A stretch of 64,000 bases of DNA from assembly GCF_006345805.1 (NCBI RefSeq), contig NC_043000.1, positions 72,912,001 through 72,976,000 of the forward strand, written 5' to 3'. Below the pieces are notes generated by a model that saw nothing but the letters and a program-made list of their open reading frames with translations, was not told the origin of the DNA and ran no database searches. A program made the position numbers and the translations under genes. Below, in pieces: positions 26,352 through 37,885 of this stretch (within the stretch, counting starts at the first letter, position 1; each line of letters begins with the position of its first letter). The DNA is from Octopus sinensis (lineage: Eukaryota).

Positions 26352-26429
26352 CTGTCCTGCATATGTGTCAGACATTTCCCAAACAAGAGACTTCACAATC
26401 TTTGCAATCCTTGTAACATTTTTGTTGTC
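26352..26429 (-). CDS. Internal coding exon, paralogue of 14547-14624 (DNKNVTRIAKIVKSLVWEMSDTYAGQ)
   Basis: ttttctcttttcacag acceptor, CAG|gtgttt donor, 78 nt, phase 0-0; 7 synonymous differences among the 18 identical residues. Confidence 0.8.
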
Positions 26430-26524
26430 CTGTGAAAAGAGAAAAAAGATAAAATCAATTTTTACATAGACAGACACATATATGCAAATATATATATATG
26501 CAAATACATACATACACACACACA

Positions 26525-26945
26525 CAGGCAAGTGAGGATCAGAATCGAAATCGATCAATGGAAATTGCAGATGTGTTACCAGTGCCGGTACCATCCGTTC
26601 GCGACCGTTGCCAGCGCCGCCCCGACTGGCCTCGTGCCGGTGGCATGTAAAAAGCACCATCCGTTCGTGTCCGTTGCCAGCCTCGCCTGGCCCCCGTGCT
26701 GGTGGCACGTAAAAAGCACCATCCGTTCGTGGCCGTTTGCCAGCTCTGTCTGGCACCTGTGCGGGTGGCACGTAAAAAGCACCCACTACACTCACGGAGT
26801 GGTTGGCGTTAGGAAGGGCATCCAGCCGTAGAAACACTGCCAGATCTGACTGGGCCTGATGAAGCCTTCTGGCTTCACAGACCCCAGTTGAACCGTCCAA
26901 CCCATGCTAGCATGGAAAACGGACGCTAAACGATGATGATGATAC
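26525..26945 (+). mobile_element. RTE 3'UTR-only insertion
   Basis: ggcaagtgaggatcagaatcg..., 3-4 repeat units, ...ggacgctaaacgatgatgat tail. Confidence 0.9.
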
Positions 26946-26999
26946 ACATACATATATACATACATATACACACATGCACATATTCTTTCACTAGTTTCA

Positions 27000-27335
27000 A
27001 TCATTTGATTGTAGCCATGCTGAATTACCTTGAAGAATTTTAATCAAATGATTCAACCCAACACTTTTTTTTAGTCTGGTACTCATTCTATTGATCTCTT
27101 AGGCCAAACAACTAAGTTACAGGAACATAAACACACCAACACCAGTTGTCAAGTAGTGGTGAGGGACAAGCACACACACACATACAGTGGGCTTCTTTTA
27201 GTTTTTGTCTACCAAATCCACTCACAAGGCTTTGGTTGGCCCAAAGCTATAGCAGAAGACAGTTGCCCAAGGTGCCACATTGTGGGATGTACCCAAAACC
27301 ATGTCATTAGGAAGCAAACTTCTTACCACACAGCC
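27000..27335 (-). mobile_element. tRNA-derived SINE (main family)
   Basis: Matches 60815-61265. Confidence 0.8.
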
Positions 27336-27344
27336 ATAAAATCA

Positions 27345-27525
27345 TCATTATCATTGTTTAATATCCGTTTTCCATGCTGGCATAGGTTGGATGGTCTGAC
27401 TGAGGTCTGGAAAGCCAATGGCTGCACCAGGCTCTAATTTGATCTGGCAATGTTTCTACAGCTGGATGCCCTTCCTAATTCCAACCACTCTGAGAGTGTA
27501 GTGGGTGCGTTTTACATTCCACCAA
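27345..27525 (-). mobile_element. RTE 3' tail fragment
   Basis: tttccatgctggcataggttgg...ggatgcccttcctaa motif. Confidence 0.75.
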
Positions 27526-27552
27526 TTTTATATATATATTATACATATATAT

Positions 27553-28500
27553 TAGGGGTACCCTTTGTTTGGGGTACTGCAAAGTAATGTCATATTTCAT
27601 GTAATAAGTTCAAATCAACATAAAATGTAAGTATATTAATTCATTAATTACCATCATAAGCAATAAAATTTTACCCCCTTGAAACCAGTTTTTTCATTAC
27701 TCACATAAAAAAAAATCAGGTTCTTTAGAACAGAAAACTGCTGGAAATATCATTTCAACATTGTACAAACTTCTGAATATTTTAAGACAGCTAAAGTGTT
27801 CAAGTGATCTAAGTAAAGAACAGGTAAGTAGGGATGGTAAGGTAGTACTTCTCAGCCTAATAAATTTCTTTTCTTATATTATCTTCACATTACCATGTTG
27901 CAGAATGACTTCCTTTCTATTGACTAGAGCTGGTTGTTTTTTGAGCAAAACTTAATTGACATATTCAACTTGTTGACAATAAAATTCTACAGTGTTCCAA
28001 TAATTCAATGTGAGCAATACTTATCATATTCCACCAGACATACAGGTGTAGATATGGTTTAGATGATGGAAATGAATTTTTATTCATGTTAGCAGTTACT
28101 TCTTATGTTAATTGTTGGCATAAACTATCCATTTCTCGTAACCTGTTAAAATTCAGTTAAGAAAATGAGTTAACTCATTTTGATATGCAAATTGTTAAAT
28201 ACACTGCTTTATTCTTGAGGGGCATCCCATGTCGTACCCGCTTCCCTTCTTTATGCATTTTCCCAAACTGCTTCAGATGTTTTTTCACAGTGGATCAAGG
28301 TTCATTAAGCACCCAATATAAATACCCATTCTTTGATATGGAGCCACTTCAATTGCATCATTATTGAGAACAGTTGGTCTTCCTGATTGATACATATCCA
28401 AAGGATTAAAATCACTACTTTTGAATTTGTTAAACCACCTTCGGCATTTCCAAACACTCACGCCATCAGGATATACAGTACAGATGTTTTCCTTTGCACA
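27553..28500 (-). mobile_element. Degenerate mariner transposase
   Basis: Minus strand gives SGRPTVLN, QPALVNRKEVILQHGN, RSLEHF, SKEPDF; TIR-like ...gtactgcaaagtaatgtc near 27575. Confidence 0.65.
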
Positions 28501-28554
28501 TATTTATTTGTATATTCATATATACATGTGTATGTGTGTAAGTATGTGTGTGTT

Positions 28555-30092
28555 TCAGGTGTGGAAGCAAGGATTAGAATCGAAGGGCCTTAGAATCAAC
28601 CTAGCCAAAACCAAAGTCCTAATAAGTAGGAAGGTAGACCAATTACAAACGCCTTCAGGTAGATGGCCCTGCTCGATCTGTAAAAAAGGTGTAGGTAGAA
28701 ACTCTATAAGGTGCACCAAGTGTAAGCCATGGACACATAAGAGGTGCAGCAATGTCAAAGGAAGGCTAACTAGAAAAATAGTTTTTGTCTGTGGCAGATG
28801 CTCAGGAGCAATAAACACTGAAAATGTGCAGAGACCAACTTCTACCACGTTCCAGGGAGAAAAACTAGAAGTAGTTGATAGCTTCTGTTACCTAGGCGAC
28901 CAAGTCAGTAGCGGAGGTGGGTGTGCTGAAAGTGTATCTGTTAGAGTAAGAATAGCCTGGGCAAAGTTTAGAGAGCTCTTACCCCTGCTGGTGATAAAAT
29001 GCCTCTCGCTCAGAGTAAGAGGCAGACTGTATGATGCATGTGTACGTACAGCCATACTACATGGTAGTGAAACATGGACTGTGACTGCTGAGGATATGCG
29101 TAAGCTCGCAAGAAATGAAGCCAGTATGCTCCGATGGATGTGTAATGTCAGTGTTCATAATCGACAGAGTGTAAGTACCTTGAGAGAAAAGTTGGACCTA
29201 AGAAGCATCAGTTGTGGTGTGTAAGAGAGACGTTTGCGCTGGTATGGTCATGTGACGAGAATGGCTGAAGATAGTTGTGTGCAAAAGTGCCACACCCTAG
29301 CAGTTGAGGGAACCTGTGGAAGAGGTAGACCCAGGAAAACCTGGGACGAGGCAGTGAAGTACAACCTTCGAACTTTAGGTCTCACCAAGGAAATGACTAG
29401 AGACCGAGACCTATGGTAGTATGCTGTGCGTGAGAAGACCCGGCAAGACTAGTGAGACCATAACCCGTGGCCTCTACCTGGTATGTAGCCAGTCAACTTA
29501 TACATACCTTTCCTTCTTGGGACACAAAACTCCACTTGTGAAGACCCATTGAGGCAAGTGAAAATCAAACCAAATCAAATCAGATATCAGAAAGCAGAAT
29601 CAAAATCGAAGTCGATCAACATCAATGGAAATTGCGACTGTGATACCAGTGCCAGTGACAAGTAACGAACCATCCGATCATGGCCGTTGCCAGTGCTGCC
29701 CCGACTGGCCTCCGTGCCGGTGACATGTAAAAAGCACCATCCGTTCGTGGCCGTTGCCAGCCTCGCCTGGCCCCCGTGCGGGTGGTACGTAAAAAGCACC
29801 ATCTGTTCATGGCCGTTGGCAGTCTCGCCTGGCCCCCGTGCTGGTGGCACGTAAAAAGCACCATCCGTCCGTGGCCATTTGCCAGCTCCGTCTGGCACCT
29901 GTGCGGGTGGCACGTAAAAAGCACCCACTACACTCACGGAGTGGTTGGCGTTAGGAAGGGCATCCAGCCGTAGAAACACTGCCAGATCAGACTGGGCCTG
30001 ATGCAGCCTTCTGGCTTCACAGACACCAGTTGAACCGTCCAACCCATGCTAGCATGGAAAGCGGACGCTAAACGATGATGATGATGATGATA
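28555..30092 (+). mobile_element. RTE LINE 3' part (RT C-terminus, 3'UTR with ~5 repeat units, (GAT)n tail)
   Basis: ORF 28421-29224 is highly similar to 21522-22406. Confidence 0.93.
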
Positions 30093-30112
30093 TATATATA
30101 TATATATATATA

Positions 30113-30246
30113 TCATCATTTAGCGTCCGCTTTCCATGCTAGCATGGGTTGGACGGTTCAACTGGGGTCTGTGAAGCTGGAAGGCTTCGTCAGGCCCAGT
30201 CAGATCTGGCAGTGTTTCTACGGCTGGATGCCCTTCCTAACGCCAA
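30113..30246 (-). mobile_element. Inverted RTE 3' tail forming a tail-to-tail hairpin with 29941-30075
   Basis: Reverse complement of the preceding ~135 bp with few mismatches. Confidence 0.9.
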
Positions 30247-30261
30247 TATATATATATATAT

Positions 30262-31095
30262 AGTGAGAATTTACAAAAAAACAAAAGATGAAGACAGGTG
30301 TGTAAACAACAAACAGATATATTAGTTTAACACTCAGGAAGTGAGAAAGACTTTTACGTTTCGAGCTTACACTCTTCGACAGAAAGGAACACGAAAATAA
30401 ACAGGGAGAGAAAATAGAAAAAAGCTTAGTGGCTAGCGATCTATCATGGTGAATCAGAGGGGTCACACAGGAGAGCTAGGAAGGGGAGATAATAAAGTAG
30501 TGGAGATCCCAAAACGAAGGTGCACCGCAAGTGCATGTGGAAGGGGGCTGGTGACATCGATGAGTGCATGTGTAGGTGTGTGGATGATGGTGTAGGTGCT
30601 GGGAAGTGGTCAGTGCTAGTGTGTGCGGGATGGTATGGTGTGGTGTGTGGAGGAAGCAAGGGTGGGGTCTAGGGGTGGGATGGGATGTATAGGGATTGGA
30701 ATGTGTAGGGGTGGGGTAACGAGGGAGGGAGTAATGATGAAGGGAGAAGGTGGGTGGGAGTGAAGAGAGGAAGTAGGTGCCAGAGCAAGAGAGGAGAGGT
30801 GGGTGGGAGGAAGTAGGTGTGAGAGGAAGACAGGAGGAGGGTTAGATGAAGAAGGGAGGAGAGTTGAGCTCATGTGGCATGAAGAGAGAAGATTAATCCC
30901 TGCCCACAGTGAAGACAGGAGTCTGGATGACCCCTGTGCAAGGACAATCCGAACACAGACAGGTGTTGTAAAGAGTAACCAGTAGAGCATGAGACCACAT
31001 TGTGATTGCCGAGTTGGATGTCTCGGAGGTGTTCCGCGAACTGGTCACTCCTTTGATTCCTATTTTACTCAGGTGGACCCTCATAACCATTCAAT
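30262..31095 (-). mobile_element. Penelope-like fragment (GIY-YIG C-terminus, C-rich 3' region, terminal repeat)
   Basis: QFAEHLRDIQL...SLQHLSVFGLSLHRG on the minus strand; hammerhead-like relic at 30341-30388. Confidence 0.6.
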
Positions 31096-31379
31096 ATTTA
31101 AAAAATCCCATTGTCTTACATATAATAAAATGCATGTCTCATCAGCCATGCTAGTAAAGGGAGAATAAAAGTCACTGAAGTCACTGGTATTTTAATAAAA
31201 ATGAAACTAAATTTTCATCGTAAATTATATTTATCAAATTCACACACACACAGAGGCACATATCTTACAATAAAATGCAGTGTTTCATGTTGGCCAAGCC
31301 AGTCGAAGGGAAATAAAATGTCAATGGGAGTGGAGTGAGTGGAGGAAAGAGGAAATATAAAAAGATAGAACAGGTGAGT

Positions 31380-31740
31380 AAGTGGTATTTCAGCTGTTGG
31401 AGCAGAAGGTATTTTGATAAAAACATGACCTGTCCAACACATCTAAGTATATATGAGTGACTGGATGCTTATGTATCCTACCTTTGCAAGGACTTCTGTG
31501 TTAGGTGTTTTACTTTGCCACTTGATGCTGAGTATGTCTCAAACATTTTTGATGAAAGCACTCAAGCAGCATGAAATGCTTTCAGTGTACTATCTGCATT
31601 TCACAAGAGTGCAATTGAGCTGTGAGTACACAAGCTTTGTAAACACTCAGTATGGCCTTGTTAGTTAAGGCTGCAATTTTCTCAGACTTTCTTTCTAAGC
31701 TTCCCAAAAATTACTGGTGCTTTCTGAAAATATAGATGTA
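31380..31740 (-). mobile_element. RTE-BovB-like RT C-terminal fragment
   Basis: FGKLRK...VYKACVLT...CE...LECFHQKCLRH..IKWQ. Confidence 0.65.
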
Positions 31741-31789
31741 TTTCTGCACCAAGAGAGTCATCTCGTAACAACAACAACACACACACACA

Positions 31790-31990
31790 CATTCTTTTAT
31801 TCTTTTACTTGTTTCAGTCATTCAACTGTGGCCATGCTGGAGCACCACCTTCAAGGGTTTTAGTTGAACAAATCAAACCCAGGACTTATTTTTTCAAACC
31901 TAGTATTTATTCTATCGGTCTCTCTTTGCTGAACACCAGTTGTCAAGTGGTGATGGGGGGACAAACGCAGACACAAAGACACATATACAG
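31790..31990 (-). mobile_element. SINE 3' half (main family)
   Basis: Reverse complement ends ggtggtgctccagcatggccacagttgaatgactgaaacaagtaaaagaataaaagaa. Confidence 0.8.
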
Positions 31991-32303
31991 ATGTGTGTGT
32001 ATGTGTGTATCTTTGGGTCTACACTGGGTAAGAGCCACTGTTGAGCATTAATCAAATGCAGAATCTGCCCCAGATGTCGAATCACTGAGGTTATGCCCCA
32101 GATGTAGAGAGCTTGCTTCATTTGTCAGTCTTAAGGTGGCTTTTTGTGGCTATGAGTTGCTTTGACTCTCATTTCAAGCAATACTGATGCTGACTAGCAC
32201 CCTTAGTCGCTTTAGTAATGTCTATATTTCTGCCTTTTGGTTGAAAATTGCAAATAAGTCACCATTACTATTTATAATTCTCACTTCTACCATTTATGGA
32301 ATC

Positions 32304-32535
32304 TATTTCTTTACTATCCAAAAGGGGCTAAACACAGAGGGGACAAACAAGGACAGACAAACGGATTAAATCGATTACATCGACCCCAATGCATAACTGG
32401 TACTTAATTTATTGACCCTGAAAGGATGAAAGGCAAAGTCGACCTTGGCAGAATTTGAACTCGGAACATAACGGCAGACGAAATACCACTAAGCATTTCA
32501 CCCAGAGTGCTAACGTTTCTGCCAGCTCGCCGCCT
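32304..32535 (-). mobile_element. tRNA-derived SINE (second family) with 11-bp TSD TTTATGGAATC
   Basis: Head aggcggcgagctggcagaa, B-box gagttcaaattc; TSD at 32293-32303 and 32536-32546. Confidence 0.9.
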
Positions 32536-32608
32536 TTTATGGAATCAGCATGCAATTTCTACGGTAGTCTAATACACTGACAAGGTGAGCAAGCTTAACC
32601 CTAGGCCA

Positions 32609-32669
32609 GGTAAGAGCCACTGACGAGCATTAATCAAATGCGAAATCACTGGTGACCTGGTTATGCCCC
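32609..32669 (+). ncRNA. Type I hammerhead ribozyme, one core substitution (U16.1->C)
   Basis: ggta-ag-agcca-CUGACGA-gcatt(aatca)aatgc-GAAA-tca(ctgg)tga-C-C-tggtt-a-tgcc. Confidence 0.8.
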
Positions 32670-33529
32670 ATACGTAGCGAGCTTGCCTCCTTTGTAAGCT
32701 TTAAGATAAGTGCTTTCTGTGGCTATGAGTTATTTTGATTCTCATTTCTGACAATACTGGTGCTAACTAGCACCCTTAGTCACTTTAGTAATGTCTATAT
32801 TTCTGCCTTTCAGCTGTAAATTGTGAATAAGCTACCTTTACTATTTACACACACATGAACTCACAGGCACACAAACACACACACACATACATACACACAC
32901 ATCCTCAAACTCATGTCTTATGCCAGTAGCTATACAATGGTAAAAAGCTAAATAAATGATAAATGGTAAAAAACATTCCAAGTTGAAAAGATATCCCTCC
33001 CCTCCCTCTCTTTACCTATCTATCTGTCTAGCTATCTGTCTATCCATCCATCTATTCATCTACCTATCTATCTATCTATCTATCTATTTATCTCCATTGT
33101 CCTGGACCCTCACCCACAAAAATTTAAAAAAAAACAAAAACAATGTTCTCCTCTTCTAAACAAAACAAAAAACACCTGATTTATATAAATGAACAAACTG
33201 TTTGCACATTCACAATTTTATTTGACAAGTTCGAAGATGAACAAAAGCGCTAAGAATAATGACTAAATAAACAAATTCTTTTTCCAAAATTCTAGTGACT
33301 TCCACTTTTCTCAATATTCAATATCTGTACACCACTTCTAACACTCTATACATATATACATAAATACATACAACAACTAGTTTTGCAGTTATTTTAGGAG
33401 AGGTGCAGCAATGTTCATTTTGATGGTTCATGACAATCTTTTCAGGATGGAATATATAAAATGGGGTCAGAGGTATTAGGTCTTAACAGGAGACAGCACT
33501 GAGACTAGTTTGATTCCAATGATATGATG

Positions 33530-35090
33530 ATAAATGAACTTTCAGCAACAAAGAGATCCATTCATAAGCTTCCTGACCCAAACATAAAGAACAAAATGCA
33601 ACTAGAAAAGTTGTATAAATCTAAGAAAGCAAACATCCAAAAAGAACTCAAGACACTTGGTGGAGAAATCTATCTGAGGAAGCACAGGTGCCATATGACA
33701 GGAAAGATATTAAAATTTTTTATAGTTTATTGTGGCAAGCTTTTGGACCACAATCCTCATTATATGTTCCCTTGAAGTCAAAAGATGGAAATGAGGTTAT
33801 TAAAGATCCTCCTGGAATAATGAATAGATGGAGAGAACACTTTGCAGATCTTTTCCACAATCCTTCTGTAGTGAAATTGGATATCATAAACAATATTCCA
33901 CAAAGACAGATAGTGCAACACATGAACGATACACCTTTCATTGTAGAAGTAAACCGAGATCAGGTAAAGCTCCTGGATTGATTGGTATTCCAGTTGAATT
34001 TCTGAAAACAGGTGGGGATCATATTTCATCTGAAATGCATAGTCTGATAACTTAATTTTGGAATGAATCTTCTGTACCACAGAAATGGATAAATGGCATT
34101 CTAAGCTCTGTATATAAGTGTAAAGGCCCAAAAGCTGTGTGTGGTAATTCTAGAGGTATAACTCTCCTGGTACATACCGGGAAGATACTTTCAAAGATGG
34201 TGTTAGATCGTCTCATTGAGAATGTCTGTTCACATGTGATTCCTGAAGAACAGTGTGGTTTCAGACCTGAGCAAGGAACAATGGACATATTTTGTGCAAG
34301 GCAGGTTCAGGAGAAATGCTTAGAGGAACAACTGTCACTATACCAGGTCTTCATAGATTTAACTAAGGTATTTGACATGGTAAACAGGGAGGCACTGTGG
34401 ATTGTTTTGTATAAACTTGTGTTCCCAACACATTTTGTGAGCATCTTTAAGGAACTACACAGAAACATGAAAGCTCAGGCAGTCTTTAATGGTGAGCTAT
34501 CTCATGAATTTTCAGTGGACAATGGTGTCAAACAGGGAAATATTCCCCCCCACACCTGCACTTTTCTCTATTTATTTTGCTGCACTGCTTTAGTATGCTT
34601 TCAACAGGGGAATCAAAATCAGATTTCGGACATCTGATCATATTTTTTATTTGACCAAGTTTAACTGCAAAGCAAAGACTTTCAAAACACTTGTTAGAGA
34701 ATTACTTTATGCCAATAATACTGATTTGTTGGCACACTCAGAGCGGGATATGCAACACATAATGGACAGATTTTCCACTAAATGTTTACATTTTGGACTC
34801 ACAATTAGTCTTGGGAAAACCAAAGTAATGTTTACTCCCAGGTAAGTAATAATCTTGAATGTCAACTACCTCTTACAACTTGTGTCATATGTCACAAAAC
34901 TTGTAAGACAATATCTGCACTTAAAAGACATATGCTAGTTCACAAAGATATTCCTTCAGAATCAGATTCAAAAAGGCAAATATAAAAAAGTAACTTGAAT
35001 ATCTGTTACTTGTGTTTTAAACCCTGTCAATCAGCAGCTGGTCTTGAAAGTCAATGGAGTGATTACGCTTTGTAATGGAGAATGATGTGT
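33530..35090 (+). mobile_element. RTE-BovB-like LINE fragment with internal deletion and C-terminal C2H2 fingers
   Basis: CGNSRGITLL, EEQCGFRP, FIDLTKVFD, GVKQG, YAN(D)D-like motif, then CVICHKTCKTISALKRHMLVH. Confidence 0.8.
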
Positions 35091-35129
35091 GTTGGTAGGA
35101 CAGCTATCATCTGTCAAGCTGAAGCAATC

Positions 35130-35166
<37 letters not shown>

Positions 35167-35587
35167 TTTTATTATACGTATATATATTTATTGATAGAGA
35201 AAATTTTAGATCTTAATTATTATATTTATTGATAATAATTTAGTTATTATTCTTAAATATTTTATAATTATTAAACTTGAAGTTAAATGAATAGTGATTA
35301 TGTTTTTGTTAAATCATTTGGTAATTAGATATTGACTATAACTGAGATTAGGTTATTTGTGAGTTTATTAGGTTTTTACAGCCATTTTATATCTTAATAG
35401 ATAAATACATTTTCTATCTATTTTTACCTTAAAAATTAATATTTAACATTATAATTGGATTGTATGACATTATCCTAATTGTTAAAGTTTCTAATTTGAT
35501 AATAGAGTTTTTTATAAGAAAAATTATTATTTTATTTCTTAAAAAATATTGTTTAAATATATTTGCTTATTTATTTAACTATTATCT

Positions 35588-35687
35588 TTAACCTGAAGAT
35601 TGACTATGATTATAATTCGAATTTTTAATTGAATTTAAATCATTGTAATTCGAATTGGGTTATGGCCATGAAACGTACGTAGTGGTT
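35588..35687 (+). ncRNA. Hammerhead-like motif with long stem II in PLE terminal repeat (probably inactive)
   Basis: aac-CUGAAGA-[long AU stem]-GAAAC-GTAC-GUA-gt; stem I weak, U-U closing stem II; second copy at 49795-49895. Confidence 0.55.
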
Positions 35688-37770
35688 TTACTTATTATAT
35701 TATATTAAACTTTCTAATACCTTTTTGATAGTTATTTTTAAAATAAATAAATAAATAAATAAATATAAGTATTAAAAAATTAAAAGTTTAAAAATTTATA
35801 AATTTTAAATTTTAAAAATATATTTAAAAAATTTATAAATATAAATTAAAAAATTTTAATTTAAATAATTTAATTTTAAATTTTATATATTTTGTATATT
35901 ATATTAATTATATTCATTTTTATGTTTTGGTTTATGTTTTTCACTGTTTGATTTGCCTAATAGTGGTTTTATCTCTAATTTAATTTAAATTTATACTGTG
36001 AAATTTGATTTAATCCTAAATCTAATTTTTCCCTGTAAGTTTGGATTTACTCCCTAATAATATTATTATTATTATAATTATTATTATTATTATTATTATT
36101 ATAATTAATATATTGATAAATTACGTTTATTGAGTATAATATCTCAATTTCGTAAGTTATGGAACTTACAGGTAAGATAGAACCACTATTTTGGAAATCA
36201 TATTTGAAGAATATTCCAATACCCTCTAGGAAAGAATATATTTTGAAACTTATTAATAATATTAAGGATTTTGTTTCTAGGGTTAAATGGAAAGCCTACT
36301 ATTATAACTATAATATATCTAATTTTAATGATATTATGAATGATAATGATTTTACATCAAATTTTAAATCTAAAAAAGAACCCCCATATAATAGAGATTT
36401 ACAGATCTTAGAAGATAATATTTGGAAGGTGGTGAAAAACATTAAATTTCATAAATACCCAAACAGACATAATGAATATTTAAGAAATTTAGCAATTAGA
36501 ATTAAAGAAATGAGAAATATGGATGGTATTATTGTACAATCTGATAAAACTAGGAATCTCTATAAATTATATGATAAACTTTTAGAGAAAGAGATAATTA
36601 AAAAATATAAAATTGTTCCAGATAGTACACTTTATACTATAAATAAGGCCTCTAAATTAGGCATGATGAACTATGAGTTGGATAATAAAACTGAACCTAT
36701 GCACCCTAGAATTACTTTGAAAGACCATAAAGATAATTTTTATTCAGACCCTAAAGTTAGATTAATTTGTCCATGTAATTCAGACCTTGGTAAATTGAGT
36801 AAATTCATTTTAGATAAATATATTAATAAATTAAATAAATTTAACTACCTAAAATTATGGTTTAGTAATAATAATACTTTAAATTGGTTTAATTATATTA
36901 AAGAAAAAAATCAAATAGATATCGATAATTACTATTCTTCTATTAATGAAATTGTGTTTAATAAAGCCCTTAATATACACAATGAATAAGGTGGGAATGA
37001 CTTTTGAAAAGGTTAATGTAATTAAAATGGCTAGGAAATCGTTTATTAGATACAATAATAAATTATGGGTTAGGAAGGATACTAGGGACTTTTTTATATA
37101 CCTATGGGGCACCCGATTCTGCACAAGCTATAGATTTGGTAGGTATTTATCTATTATCTGAACTTCAATTAGAAAATTTAAAACTAGAGGGTGGTTTATA
37201 TAGGAATGACCTTTTATTAATTACTAAGAATTGCACTAATAGGAATCTAGAATTATATAAGAAAAAACTTTATAGTTTCTTTAAAAGATATGGTTTAAGT
37301 ATTACTATATATAATGAGAATTATAATGTTAATTATTTAGATGTTAATTTTAATCTAATAATGGGTAAAACATAACCATATCATAAATTTAATGAAAACC
37401 TTAAATATATAAATGTTAATAGTAATCATCCACCATCAATTAAAAATCGTTGATTAATAATATAAGTAAACATATATCATTACTTTCTTATGATTTAGAG
37501 ATTTTTAATAAACATGCACCTTATTACAATGAGGCCCTACGAGAGGCAGGTTATAATAATAATATTAAATTTTTTAATAAAAATAAAGATAAAAATATTA
37601 ATAATTATAATAATTATGTTAGTCATATTAGTAGTAATTGTAATTATAAAAATAAAAATAAAAATAATATTAAGAATATGACAAATTTTAATATTAATTC
37701 AATAAATGTTAATTATAATCATAATTTTAATTTTGATAATATTATAAAGAAATATAATAATTGTATTGGT

Positions 37771-37790
37771 AATAATAATAATAATAATAA

Positions 37791-37821
<31 letters not shown>

Positions 37822-37885
37822 AAGAAGAAGAAGAAGAAGAAGAAGAAGAAGAAGAAGAAGAAGAAGAAGAAGAAGAAGAAGAAAA
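37771..37885 (+). repeat. In-frame (AAT)n(AAG)n microsatellite (poly-Asn then ~30 Lys) in PLE linker
   Basis: Directly visible; ORF 37450-38058 reads through it. Confidence 0.95.

Larger units (their letters stand above)
32019..32845 (+). repeat. Tandem ~330-340-bp structured repeat (about 1.7 units) with hammerhead: retrozyme-like
   Basis: gtaagagccactg at 32028 and 32610. Spacing is 582 bp, of which 243 bp is a SINE insertion plus TSD. Downstream ~230 bp of both units align. Confidence 0.75.

Noticed and set aside
26840-26885. CUGAUGA in RTE 3'UTR as a hammerhead core
   Set aside because: Followed by the gaagcc-ttct-ggcttc hairpin but no GAAA/stem III; it is an ordinary 3' stem-loop.
27729-27823. 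Plus-strand exon candidate (ttctttag...CAG|gtaagt, open frame)
   Set aside because: It is the antisense strand of a decayed mariner transposase; splice signals are probably coincidental, though exonisation is not excluded.
34836-34850. Perfect donor CAG|GTAAGT at the RTE internal deletion
   Set aside because: Single motif at a deletion junction with no matching acceptor; insufficient evidence for splicing.
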